A DNA stretch of 64,000 nucleotides from Oscillospiraceae bacterium (GTDB lineage Bacteria > Bacillota > Clostridia > Oscillospirales > Acutalibacteraceae). Position numbers and translations under genes: made by a program. Below are positions 41,581 through 49,868 of this stretch, piece after piece. How positions within the stretch are numbered: the first letter of the stretch is position 1; each line of letters starts with the position of its first letter. The stretch covers positions 1,239 through 65,238 of the forward strand of contig JAIRSI010000063.1 of NCBI GenBank assembly GCA_031255515.1, read 5' to 3'. The notes beneath the pieces are model-generated. The model worked only from the letters and a program-made list of their open reading frames with translations, did not search any database and was not told the DNA's origin.

Positions 41581-43869
41581 TCACCTCATTTTTATTGTTT
41601 TTTTAGAATTATTTATATAATCATCCGTGAGTTTCTCAATAGCTTTTCTGTCTATTTTCCCGTTAGGGGTTATAGGTATAGCACTTGTCAGTATAATGTG
41701 CGCCGGAACGTGACTTTTTGGTAACCATTTTATAAGATGATCAATTAATTCAGTTTCTTTAGGTATACTTCGTTTTGATTTATACTCAGCATGCACTACT
41801 ATTTTCCTACTAGTTCCAACTTTTGGAGCAGTTGCAACGACTCGGTTAATACCTTCACAATTTGACAGACAGTGCTCTATTTCTCCTAACTCTATTCTCG
41901 CACCGTTTATTTTAACTTGGAAATCCATTCTACCTAATAAAATGAGGTTTCCATCTGGTTTAAAATAAGCTAAATCTCCTGTTTTATATATCCGTTGTTT
42001 TGGATCATCAGCCCAAGGATTATCAAAGAAACGTTCCATTGTGGCTTCGGGGTTCAAATAATACCCATCACCAACACCTACTCCACCTAGGTACAATTCT
42101 CCGGGAAAACCAATTGGCATTAATTGTCTATTTCTATCTAATACATATGCTTTTTGATTGTACATAGGTTTCCCATAAGGAATTCTTTTCCAATCTGGAT
42201 TAACTTGTTCAATTTGATAAATTATTGAATCCATGGAAACTTCGGTGGCACCACCAAGGCTAATCATTGTTGATTGATTATTTATCAAGCGAAAATTATC
42301 CGGTAAAGATAATGGTATCCAATCGCCACCTAACAAAACTACTCTAATAGAATCAGCTCTCATCAATTTTCGATGCTGTGCACATTTACAAAAAAGATCC
42401 AACAAAACTGGAACAGAATGCCATATTGTAACATTATATTTTTGTATTAAATCAAGCCAGTGAAATGGCTGTTTTTCTAACAATGGATCTGGTAAAACAA
42501 TGCTACTTCCTGCCATCATACTACCTAAAACATCGTATGCACTCATGTCAAAACTAACTGATGAGATGGCTAGCACCTTATCCTTATTTGTGATTGAAAA
42601 GCGTGAATTAAAATCGTGAAAATTACTAACACGACCTTCGTGATTCAACAATACTCCTTTGGGTTGACCCGTTGAACCAGAAGTATATATCAGGTAACAT
42701 GGATCGCGCGGACTAACATTAATATTAGGACTGTCAACAGGATAATCTAATAACTCTTCGTCTTCAGAATTAATTTTTACGATTTTAATGTTGGTCATCA
42801 TTGTATAATTATCCCCTGGGTCTACTGCAGTAACTACAACAGATACTTTCGAGTTGGCAAGAATGTATTCAATGCGGGATTGCGGATAAGACGCATCAAT
42901 TGGCAAGTAAGCACATCCAGCCTTCAATATACCCATAATTCCGATTACAAAATTAATGGATTTGTTGGAATATAGGGCAACTATGTCGCCTGTCTTTACT
43001 CCAGATTGAACTAATTGGTGCGCTAATTGGTTAGCTCGCTTATTCAGCATTTCTCTCGTCATGGTTTTATTTTCATAATACACCGCTATAGCATTAGAAT
43101 CTTCCAAAACTCTTTGCTCGAATAATTGATGAATGCAACGTTCTTTTGGGAATTTAAAATCAGTTTGATTCCAAATATCTACTAAAGTTTCCTTTTCATC
43201 TTTACTTATATAATGTGCTTTACAGATCAATATATCGGAGTCTTCCATTACGCAAGACGACAATTGATCGTAGTGCAACGCCATACGACGAATGTGTTCT
43301 TCTGAATATGCATTTTTGTTATATATAATATTTAGAACAATCTTTTCATTTATATTAACAATCTGAAAACATATATCTGTTTTAATATTATTTTGATCAA
43401 TATTTATTTGAAAATCCAAGGAGTTGGTGTATTCAAATAAACAATTAGTATAATCTGATGTTTTTTCTAAAACAGAATTTAGCAGTTCTTGCTCAAAGGT
43501 AAATACCATTTTCTCCTTAACTATAAGTTTTATTAAATCATTGAAGGTTAATTCATTGTCACACAATGTACTTGCAATAAAAACAGATGAATCTTTGTTA
43601 AAATTCTGTAGACAAATACCTGTTAACATTTCGTTTTGAGTATACCGCATCATCAAAGATAAAAATACACCGAAAAAATAATCTTGTGGGCTAGGATATT
43701 TTTCGATTTTATTTTTAACTTGCGGATTTAACGAATACTGATAAATTGCATAATTTTTATTATTAATGACTTTAGGTGATGTACTTTTGTATAATTCAAA
43801 ATAACCATCCAAATACTTATCAAGTTTGTTTTCTATTTTTTCAATAATAACATTATTGCCTTTACTCAT
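41581..43869 (-). CDS. NRPS adenylation protein with N-terminal truncated condensation-like region and no carrier domain
   Basis: A3 YTSGSTGQPKG, A4 FDMSAYD, A5 SLGGATE, A6 GELYLGGVGVGDGY, A7 YKTGD, A8 GRMDFQVKINGARIELGEIE, A10 PNGKIDRK. About 250 N-terminal aa lack HHxxxDG. Confidence 0.9.
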   Translation of the reverse strand: MSKGNNVIIEKIENKLDKYLDGYFELYKSTSPKVINNKNYAIYQYSLNPQVKNKIEKYPSPQDYFFGVFLSLMMRYTQNEMLTGICLQNFNKDSSVFIASTLCDNELTFNDLIKLIVKEKMVFTFEQELLNSVLEKTSDYTNCLFEYTNSLDFQINIDQNNIKTDICFQIVNINEKIVLNIIYNKNAYSEEHIRRMALHYDQLSSCVMEDSDILICKAHYISKDEKETLVDIWNQTDFKFPKERCIHQLFEQRVLEDSNAIAVYYENKTMTREMLNKRANQLAHQLVQSGVKTGDIVALYSNKSINFVIGIMGILKAGCAYLPIDASYPQSRIEYILANSKVSVVVTAVDPGDNYTMMTNIKIVKINSEDEELLDYPVDSPNINVSPRDPCYLIYTSGSTGQPKGVLLNHEGRVSNFHDFNSRFSITNKDKVLAISSVSFDMSAYDVLGSMMAGSSIVLPDPLLEKQPFHWLDLIQKYNVTIWHSVPVLLDLFCKCAQHRKLMRADSIRVVLLGGDWIPLSLPDNFRLINNQSTMISLGGATEVSMDSIIYQIEQVNPDWKRIPYGKPMYNQKAYVLDRNRQLMPIGFPGELYLGGVGVGDGYYLNPEATMERFFDNPWADDPKQRIYKTGDLAYFKPDGNLILLGRMDFQVKINGARIELGEIEHCLSNCEGINRVVATAPKVGTSRKIVVHAEYKSKRSIPKETELIDHLIKWLPKSHVPAHIILTSAIPITPNGKIDRKAIEKLTDDYINNSKKTIKMR

Positions 43870-43887
43870 ATAAGTCACTTCCTTTGT

Positions 43888-45252
43888 TTAATAGTTTGTT
43901 TCATATCCAGGTATAGGATATTCCTTACATAATTCACTAACTTTATGTAGCACATCAGACTTAACAGTATCATCAATTTTGAAATCTTCTAAATTATCGC
44001 CATGTATGTGGTTCAGAACATCAGCAATTATATAAGCGCATTTTTTTACAGCATCGGCTGACATTTTTCTTTGTGCCATATTATTTGTACCAATACGAAT
44101 ACCGGCTGGTCTTTTTGATGTATTTTTACCGTTTATCTTTTTATTTGGAACACTATTTCTATTAACAATAATTCCGCATTCTTCAAGTGCCCTTTCAGCA
44201 ACATCACCGCTAATATTTTTACTGGCAAGATCGACAAGTACTATATGATTATCTGTGCCACCAGAAATAACGTCAAAACCTATATTTTGTAAGTGTTCGG
44301 CAAGTATTTTAGCGCTGTCAACTATCCGCTGCATTGTTTTTTTGAATCCTTCTGATGCGGCTATGTCAAATGAAATTGCTTTAGCTGCAATTTGGTTCAT
44401 TATTGGTGCACCCTGAAAAAATGGAAATACTGCTTTTTGTAGTTTCTCCTCCAATGTCATATCCTCATCAAATAACTTTCTCTTAGCATCTTTGCCAGAT
44501 AAAATTAAACCGCCTCTTGGTCCAGCAAGTTGTTTATGAGTACATGTTGTTGTTATATGCGCATAATCAATAGGTGACTCATGCAAATCTGCGATTACTA
44601 AACCAGCTATGTGTGATATATCGGCTAACAAATATGCTCCTACTTTATCAGCGATTTCTCTAAAGCGCTTAAAATCGATTTTTCGGCAATATGCAGTCGT
44701 GCCACATATAATCATTTTTGGGCGATGCTGTAATGCCAGTTCCTCAATCTTGTCGTAGTCAATAAGATAATTTTCATCTAATCCATAACGAACAACTTGA
44801 AAATCAGATCCTGAATAAGATACTGAAGCACCATGAGTTAAGTGCCCACCTGACGTTAAATTCATTCCCATTATTAAGCCACCTGGTCTGACTAAGGAAT
44901 ATGTAACAATTTCATTTGCCGTTGTAGCTGAATGTGACTGGACATTTGCATAAGCGGCTTTAAATATTTTTTTGGCATTTGAAATTGCCAATTCTTCAAT
45001 TTTATCCATTTCTTCGCACCCAGCATGGTATCTTACATGAGGATACCCTTCGGCTGTTATATTAACTGCAGGCATGCCCGTACATGCAAGAACGCTTGGC
45101 GGAACAATGCTGCAAGACGCCACCATCATTAATACAGATTTTTGTCTTTGATATTCTCTTTCTAAAACTTTCATGAAACTTGGATTTATTTCTTTAATTT
45201 GCTCAACACCATACGCTAAAAGCTCTGATAGATTTTTTGATGAATTACCCAT
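43888..45252 (-). CDS. Serine hydroxymethyltransferase-fold PLP enzyme (divergent GlyA paralogue)
   Basis: GGHLTHG, TTTCTHKQLAGPRGG (PLP Lys), VNRNSVP and AEGYP. ATG 45252 is preceded by GAGGAG. LIASEN reads MVASCS and RYYGG reads RYHAG. Confidence 0.85.
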   Translation of the reverse strand: MGNSSKNLSELLAYGVEQIKEINPSFMKVLEREYQRQKSVLMMVASCSIVPPSVLACTGMPAVNITAEGYPHVRYHAGCEEMDKIEELAISNAKKIFKAAYANVQSHSATTANEIVTYSLVRPGGLIMGMNLTSGGHLTHGASVSYSGSDFQVVRYGLDENYLIDYDKIEELALQHRPKMIICGTTAYCRKIDFKRFREIADKVGAYLLADISHIAGLVIADLHESPIDYAHITTTCTHKQLAGPRGGLILSGKDAKRKLFDEDMTLEEKLQKAVFPFFQGAPIMNQIAAKAISFDIAASEGFKKTMQRIVDSAKILAEHLQNIGFDVISGGTDNHIVLVDLASKNISGDVAERALEECGIIVNRNSVPNKKINGKNTSKRPAGIRIGTNNMAQRKMSADAVKKCAYIIADVLNHIHGDNLEDFKIDDTVKSDVLHKVSELCKEYPIPGYETNY

Positions 45253-45253
45253 A

Positions 45254-45514
45254 TTATTTCTCCTCACTATGTGTTTTTGTTTTTTCAAGCATTTGCTCTA
45301 TTATAGAGACCAACTGACCTATAGTTTTGTAATTATCATAAACTAATTGTGTATCTTCAAACCTAATATTAAATTCTTCTTCTAATGCAATTATCATTGT
45401 TATAAATTCAACTGAATCAATTCCGATTTCCAGAAGAGAAGTATCATCGTTAATAACAGCAGAATGGCTCACGTTTCGTTTTATTACATCATATATTGTT
45501 TCTTTCATTATCAT
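45254..45514 (-). CDS. Free-standing acyl/peptidyl carrier protein (CP2)
   Basis: 86 aa with IGIDSVEFITMI Ser motif. Confidence 0.8.
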   Translation of the reverse strand: MIMKETIYDVIKRNVSHSAVINDDTSLLEIGIDSVEFITMIIALEEEFNIRFEDTQLVYDNYKTIGQLVSIIEQMLEKTKTHSEEK

Positions 45515-46476
45515 TATACGCCTCCTATTTTATTTGATAGCACTATATTTATTGCTTGTCTTTCAATATCTGCAATCTGTGTTATCATTTTAGATATTGT
45601 TCCTCTATCGTTGTTTATTGAATTAGTTATATACGTTTTTAGTAGTTTTCCTTTTGCGGTTTTCCATAAAGTTACACTTTGTCTTAATAAATTCGAAGCC
45701 TCTTTTAAGTATTTTAATTTGAATAACTTATATATATAATCCAGCATACATATATAGGCATCACGGTACATTGCAACTTTTCTTATTTTGTCTAAGATTG
45801 GAACGGTTTGTAGATCATTTTTGAATTCATCAAATTCATAATTAATATCCATTTTAGTGCAAATATCACTCGCTAATTGTCTAATATTTGTGTCATTTTC
45901 ATTATCTTGATTTACTGTAATTATATCTTCTTGAATGACTTTGATATAATTTTCCATACTGTTTTTCTTAGGTAATTCTAAAAATATTAACTTAGCATAT
46001 TTGTTAATGCCAGAGTATAAATCTTCTCTTGGTATATTATATTTAGCATATTGGAAATAAGGATCAATACAAATATAAGTTTCAGTTTTAAAGTCATATT
46101 CGCTAATAATAATATAATGTGAAAAATGATATTTTTGATATGCTGTTGAACCTTTTAAATAATACAGATCAAAGCTTCCTATAGATGGATATGTAAATTC
46201 TTCAAAGTGTTCTTGATTATTGAAGCGACCATCTTCTAGTATCTCTACTTCCCAAGTAAATCCGTGAAATTGCCCAGCCCTATCAGAAGCATCGATTTGA
46301 TTGATAATATCGATTCGTTCACCTACTCTTTTATTACTTTCAGCGACATCATACTTTAGTTTCCAGTCACTACTCGATATCATATGGTAGTCTCGACCAT
46401 AATATTTAGCTAAAGTAGCAATAACTGCAAGAAAGCAATTATAAACGCCTACATTTTTAATATGTTCAAATATCAT
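45514..46476 (-). CDS. BtrH_N-like (papain/C39-fold) putative carrier-protein-dependent transferase, copy 1
   Basis: N-terminal Cys motif YNCFLAVIATLAKYYG, later HFSHYIIISEYD. ATG 46476 is preceded by GAGGTG (ORF track GTG at 46485). Confidence 0.45.
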   Translation of the reverse strand: MIFEHIKNVGVYNCFLAVIATLAKYYGRDYHMISSSDWKLKYDVAESNKRVGERIDIINQIDASDRAGQFHGFTWEVEILEDGRFNNQEHFEEFTYPSIGSFDLYYLKGSTAYQKYHFSHYIIISEYDFKTETYICIDPYFQYAKYNIPREDLYSGINKYAKLIFLELPKKNSMENYIKVIQEDIITVNQDNENDTNIRQLASDICTKMDINYEFDEFKNDLQTVPILDKIRKVAMYRDAYICMLDYIYKLFKLKYLKEASNLLRQSVTLWKTAKGKLLKTYITNSINNDRGTISKMITQIADIERQAINIVLSNKIGGV

Positions 46477-46503
46477 AGTCAACACCTCTCTTCACTCATA
46501 AAA

Positions 46504-47592
46504 TCACATGCCTTCAAAGGCTTTACCTTGAGCTATTTTAAATTTCATTTCTTCATCAAAATATTTATCAAATAAACTGTCTCTATCAATACAGAAAAGT
46601 CTTTCCATAAAGCTATTTTTCCAAATAAAATGTCCTTCATTATCTAGTCCAAAACTATTCAAAAACTCTTCATTCGGTACTTGCAAACCAGTAATAGTTA
46701 ATAAAGAATCATCTCGAAAGACAAATGCTGTATAATATAAAACGTACATAATGTATCTCTCAACTTTATAATTAATGCAAATCGATCGAAACTTTTCCCA
46801 AGAAATTTTAGACCGTTTAATAAATCCGTAAATATCAGCAAAATATTTCAATCTATACGCATAAATTTTATAAAGCACATATACAGAATTCATATCAAAG
46901 TATGCATGTAAGCACATGTGCAGAAACATATATTCATCCTGAAATGTTTTAACTTTAAAACCTTTATAATCAACTATCTGCGAATTGTCAATCAATTTTG
47001 ATGTGTCCCAGGAATCACTTTCATTCCAAAAAATATTAAAATTTAAATCCAAGTTCACTACCGGCACTAGCTCATTACCAGTTTCTTTTAAAAAAGGAGC
47101 TGATTGCTGTGTATATGAGAGATAGAACAATTCTTGTTGTCGGGAAAAATTTTTAATTGTTTTTGTTGTTGGATCGTAAACTCCTTGTTTATATCCATAA
47201 TTATCAAGAATATTTTTTACTTTTGAATAATCTTCACGTTTTATGATAACATCTAAATCATCGGAACGCCTATAACTTTCATCGATATAAGCAGTTTTAG
47301 CTGCATATATCCCCTTGGTGGTAACATAATCTATGTTGGATTTTTTGAATTCATCTGCAGCTGGATCAAAATGAATAAAATTTTCGTGGTATCTTTTTAA
47401 ATTCTTTTGTTTTGATATTTGATTAGCTAAACGATGATTTCTATCAAGCTGCATTGCATCACTAATTAGCAAACCTACATCGTGTTGGTGAGCAAGTTCT
47501 AACAATGGCTCATTTTGAGGATATTGTGATGGCATAGATTCGTTACAAAAACATGTTCTCAACATTTCCAATAATAAATTTTGCAATACCAT
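46504..47592 (-). CDS. Uncharacterised nucleotidyltransferase family protein (NTP_transf_5-like)
   Basis: KGIYAA...YRRSDDLDVIIKRED..V..L...GY, VNLDLNFNIFW and LHMCLHAYFD, as in the PF14907 pattern. Confidence 0.55.
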   Translation of the reverse strand: MVLQNLLLEMLRTCFCNESMPSQYPQNEPLLELAHQHDVGLLISDAMQLDRNHRLANQISKQKNLKRYHENFIHFDPAADEFKKSNIDYVTTKGIYAAKTAYIDESYRRSDDLDVIIKREDYSKVKNILDNYGYKQGVYDPTTKTIKNFSRQQELFYLSYTQQSAPFLKETGNELVPVVNLDLNFNIFWNESDSWDTSKLIDNSQIVDYKGFKVKTFQDEYMFLHMCLHAYFDMNSVYVLYKIYAYRLKYFADIYGFIKRSKISWEKFRSICINYKVERYIMYVLYYTAFVFRDDSLLTITGLQVPNEEFLNSFGLDNEGHFIWKNSFMERLFCIDRDSLFDKYFDEEMKFKIAQGKAFEGM

Positions 47593-47638
47593 ATATCCAT
47601 CTCCTGGAACTAATTTTGTATTATAATCATCTTAAAAC

Positions 47639-49558
47639 CTAATCACTAAACATGATATTGTTTATCGATGAAATGCGAAGTAATTTTTCAACATCAGATT
47701 TTTTCGTTATATCGATATTTTCTTTTAGACTATAATTTGAATAATAAAACTCAACAACTTCTTTTGACAGACAATAAGGATTATATTTCTCAAACAATAT
47801 TTTATCTGCCGTTGGATCATATTCGCGATAAAATTCCGTCCATCTCCCCAATGGTGTTTCAAGTTTATATTCATCAAAGTTTTTTAGTTCAATTCTGTAC
47901 CCATTAATGTATATATGTTCTATTCCTTTCCGCAGCCCAAAATTCAACGCTTCCGATGCTTTATTAATTATTGGCTCACCTTTATCGTTCAAGGAAGTAT
48001 TGCATAACAATGGAACAGACGTTTTTTTGTGAAATGCTTTGAGAATATCGTATACAATTGCATTATTTTCTCTTTTTATTGTTTGAACGCGAGCACTTTG
48101 ATCTATATGAGATATTGCAGGAATTTGGTGCAATTTATCTGAATGAATTTTAAATGTGTGAAGCATAAAAGGAGATTCGTATGCACAATCAAACCATTCA
48201 TTTAAGTACTCAAACATAACAATTGGAGCAACTGGCCTCCACCATTGTCTCTGTTTAATTTTATTTAAATTATTTTTAGAATCTACGGAGCGCGCATCCG
48301 CAAGAATACTTCTTGATCCTAATGCTCTTGGACCAATTTCACTTCTACCTTCAAACCAGATAATTGGTGATTCAATAATATCATCAGTAAGCGTGTCAAA
48401 ATCTAATTCTTTTACACTTTTTATATATGGTTTCCATTGTTTATCGCTAATTATTTCATTTAATTGCTTTTCTTCGTCTCCGTAATATGGATGGTTCATA
48501 TTAAAATTTATCTTATTAATGTATTTATTGAATGCATATAGAGCCATTCCTAGCGATTGGCCTGTATCACTAACGCACGGTGGAGCTAAGAAACCTTTAA
48601 ATTTAAAATGTTCCATTAACCAATTATTACACATACAATTTAGTGCATATCCTCCTGAAATAGACAAATATGAATCTTTTGTATCAATATTATATTTTTT
48701 GGAAATTAAACTAATAGTTTTGCACATCATATGTATAGATTGTTGCTGAATAACCTTCATAACCATACTTACTTTATTATCCTCAATAGTAAATCGATCA
48801 TCAAATTTATTTACTTTAGTACCACAATCTGAAATATTAATTACATCATCATTTAGTTTTTCAAGCCATTTATACCCAGCGTAAGCCGAATTTCGATCTT
48901 CTATTTCTGGAGCATCTTCACATTCTAATAGATACTCGCTAGATGATGCGCTTGCCAAAGCCATCAAGGAACCCTGCTCCATTTTATATTTGTTTTTGGC
49001 AAAGGTCCACAACAAGGCTGGCGAAGATACGTGAAATACTTCTACTATCTCACCTTTTTTAACAACGCATCCGGCATAAAATTTTTTGTTCATTGCTTTT
49101 GAATCTATTACTTGATCAGGACCACCGTCAACTGCTAGACATATAATTGTATCGTTATAGAATACCTCTGTATTAATAAGTAGTGATGAAAATAAATGTG
49201 CAATACTGTGATATGTGAATTCTGAAAACTCACTTAAAGAATGGTACTCTATAGAAGTAAGCTTACACAATTCCGGCGTTCCCCATATATCATTTATGTC
49301 ATTTAAATTGAGTCCATATGCGGACAACAAACTGTTAATTAATTTTTCTGCATTGGACACACTAAACAAAGACTGACCATGTTTTTTATACCCTGTTAAT
49401 CGTTCAATTTCCCAATAGTGAATTAAACTTATTTTATCTGATTCTTTTTTCCACAAAGAAATATTTTGGTCATGCCTAACTACAGCTTTTGTTATGCAAC
49501 ACAATGGATCTATGTGTAAGTATGCTGCTAAGTAATATCCATCCTTAATTTCTTTCAT
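47639..49558 (-). CDS. Carbamoyltransferase, NodU/CmcH/TobZ family
   Basis: SGGYALNCMCN, EGRSEIGPRALGSRSILAD, WWRPVAPIV, HIDQSARVQT and LCNTSLNDKGEPI. Confidence 0.9.
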   Translation of the reverse strand: MKEIKDGYYLAAYLHIDPLCCITKAVVRHDQNISLWKKESDKISLIHYWEIERLTGYKKHGQSLFSVSNAEKLINSLLSAYGLNLNDINDIWGTPELCKLTSIEYHSLSEFSEFTYHSIAHLFSSLLINTEVFYNDTIICLAVDGGPDQVIDSKAMNKKFYAGCVVKKGEIVEVFHVSSPALLWTFAKNKYKMEQGSLMALASASSSEYLLECEDAPEIEDRNSAYAGYKWLEKLNDDVINISDCGTKVNKFDDRFTIEDNKVSMVMKVIQQQSIHMMCKTISLISKKYNIDTKDSYLSISGGYALNCMCNNWLMEHFKFKGFLAPPCVSDTGQSLGMALYAFNKYINKINFNMNHPYYGDEEKQLNEIISDKQWKPYIKSVKELDFDTLTDDIIESPIIWFEGRSEIGPRALGSRSILADARSVDSKNNLNKIKQRQWWRPVAPIVMFEYLNEWFDCAYESPFMLHTFKIHSDKLHQIPAISHIDQSARVQTIKRENNAIVYDILKAFHKKTSVPLLCNTSLNDKGEPIINKASEALNFGLRKGIEHIYINGYRIELKNFDEYKLETPLGRWTEFYREYDPTADKILFEKYNPYCLSKEVVEFYYSNYSLKENIDITKKSDVEKLLRISSINNIMFSD

Positions 49559-49839
49559 TTGCTTTCTCCTTTACTGCAGTAATTGTTTAGTAAAGCAAAT
49601 AACTTTGTAAAAGTATTAAGTTTTTCAATTAGCAAATCCTCATCTTTAAGAGAAAAATTGTACTTTTCTTCAAACATAACAACTAATTGAATGCAAGAAA
49701 TAGACGTCATTCCGTGTGCCATCAAATCTTCATCTTCTTTTATATTTTTTACATTTTCAATGTCAACACCTAAAAGTTTTGATATCATTTTATAAACATC
49801 ATTTTTACATATCTTCATTAAACATTCCCTGCCTTTCAT
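49555..49839 (-). CDS. Free-standing carrier protein (CP1)
   Basis: 94-aa ORF (the start may be ATG 49818) with HGMTSISCIQLV in carrier-protein helix II context. Its stop overlaps the carbamoyltransferase ATG. Confidence 0.65.
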   Translation of the reverse strand: MKGRECLMKICKNDVYKMISKLLGVDIENVKNIKEDEDLMAHGMTSISCIQLVVMFEEKYNFSLKDEDLLIEKLNTFTKLFALLNNYCSKGESK

Positions 49840-49868
49840 AAAATCATTTATATTTTGTAGCTACCGAA

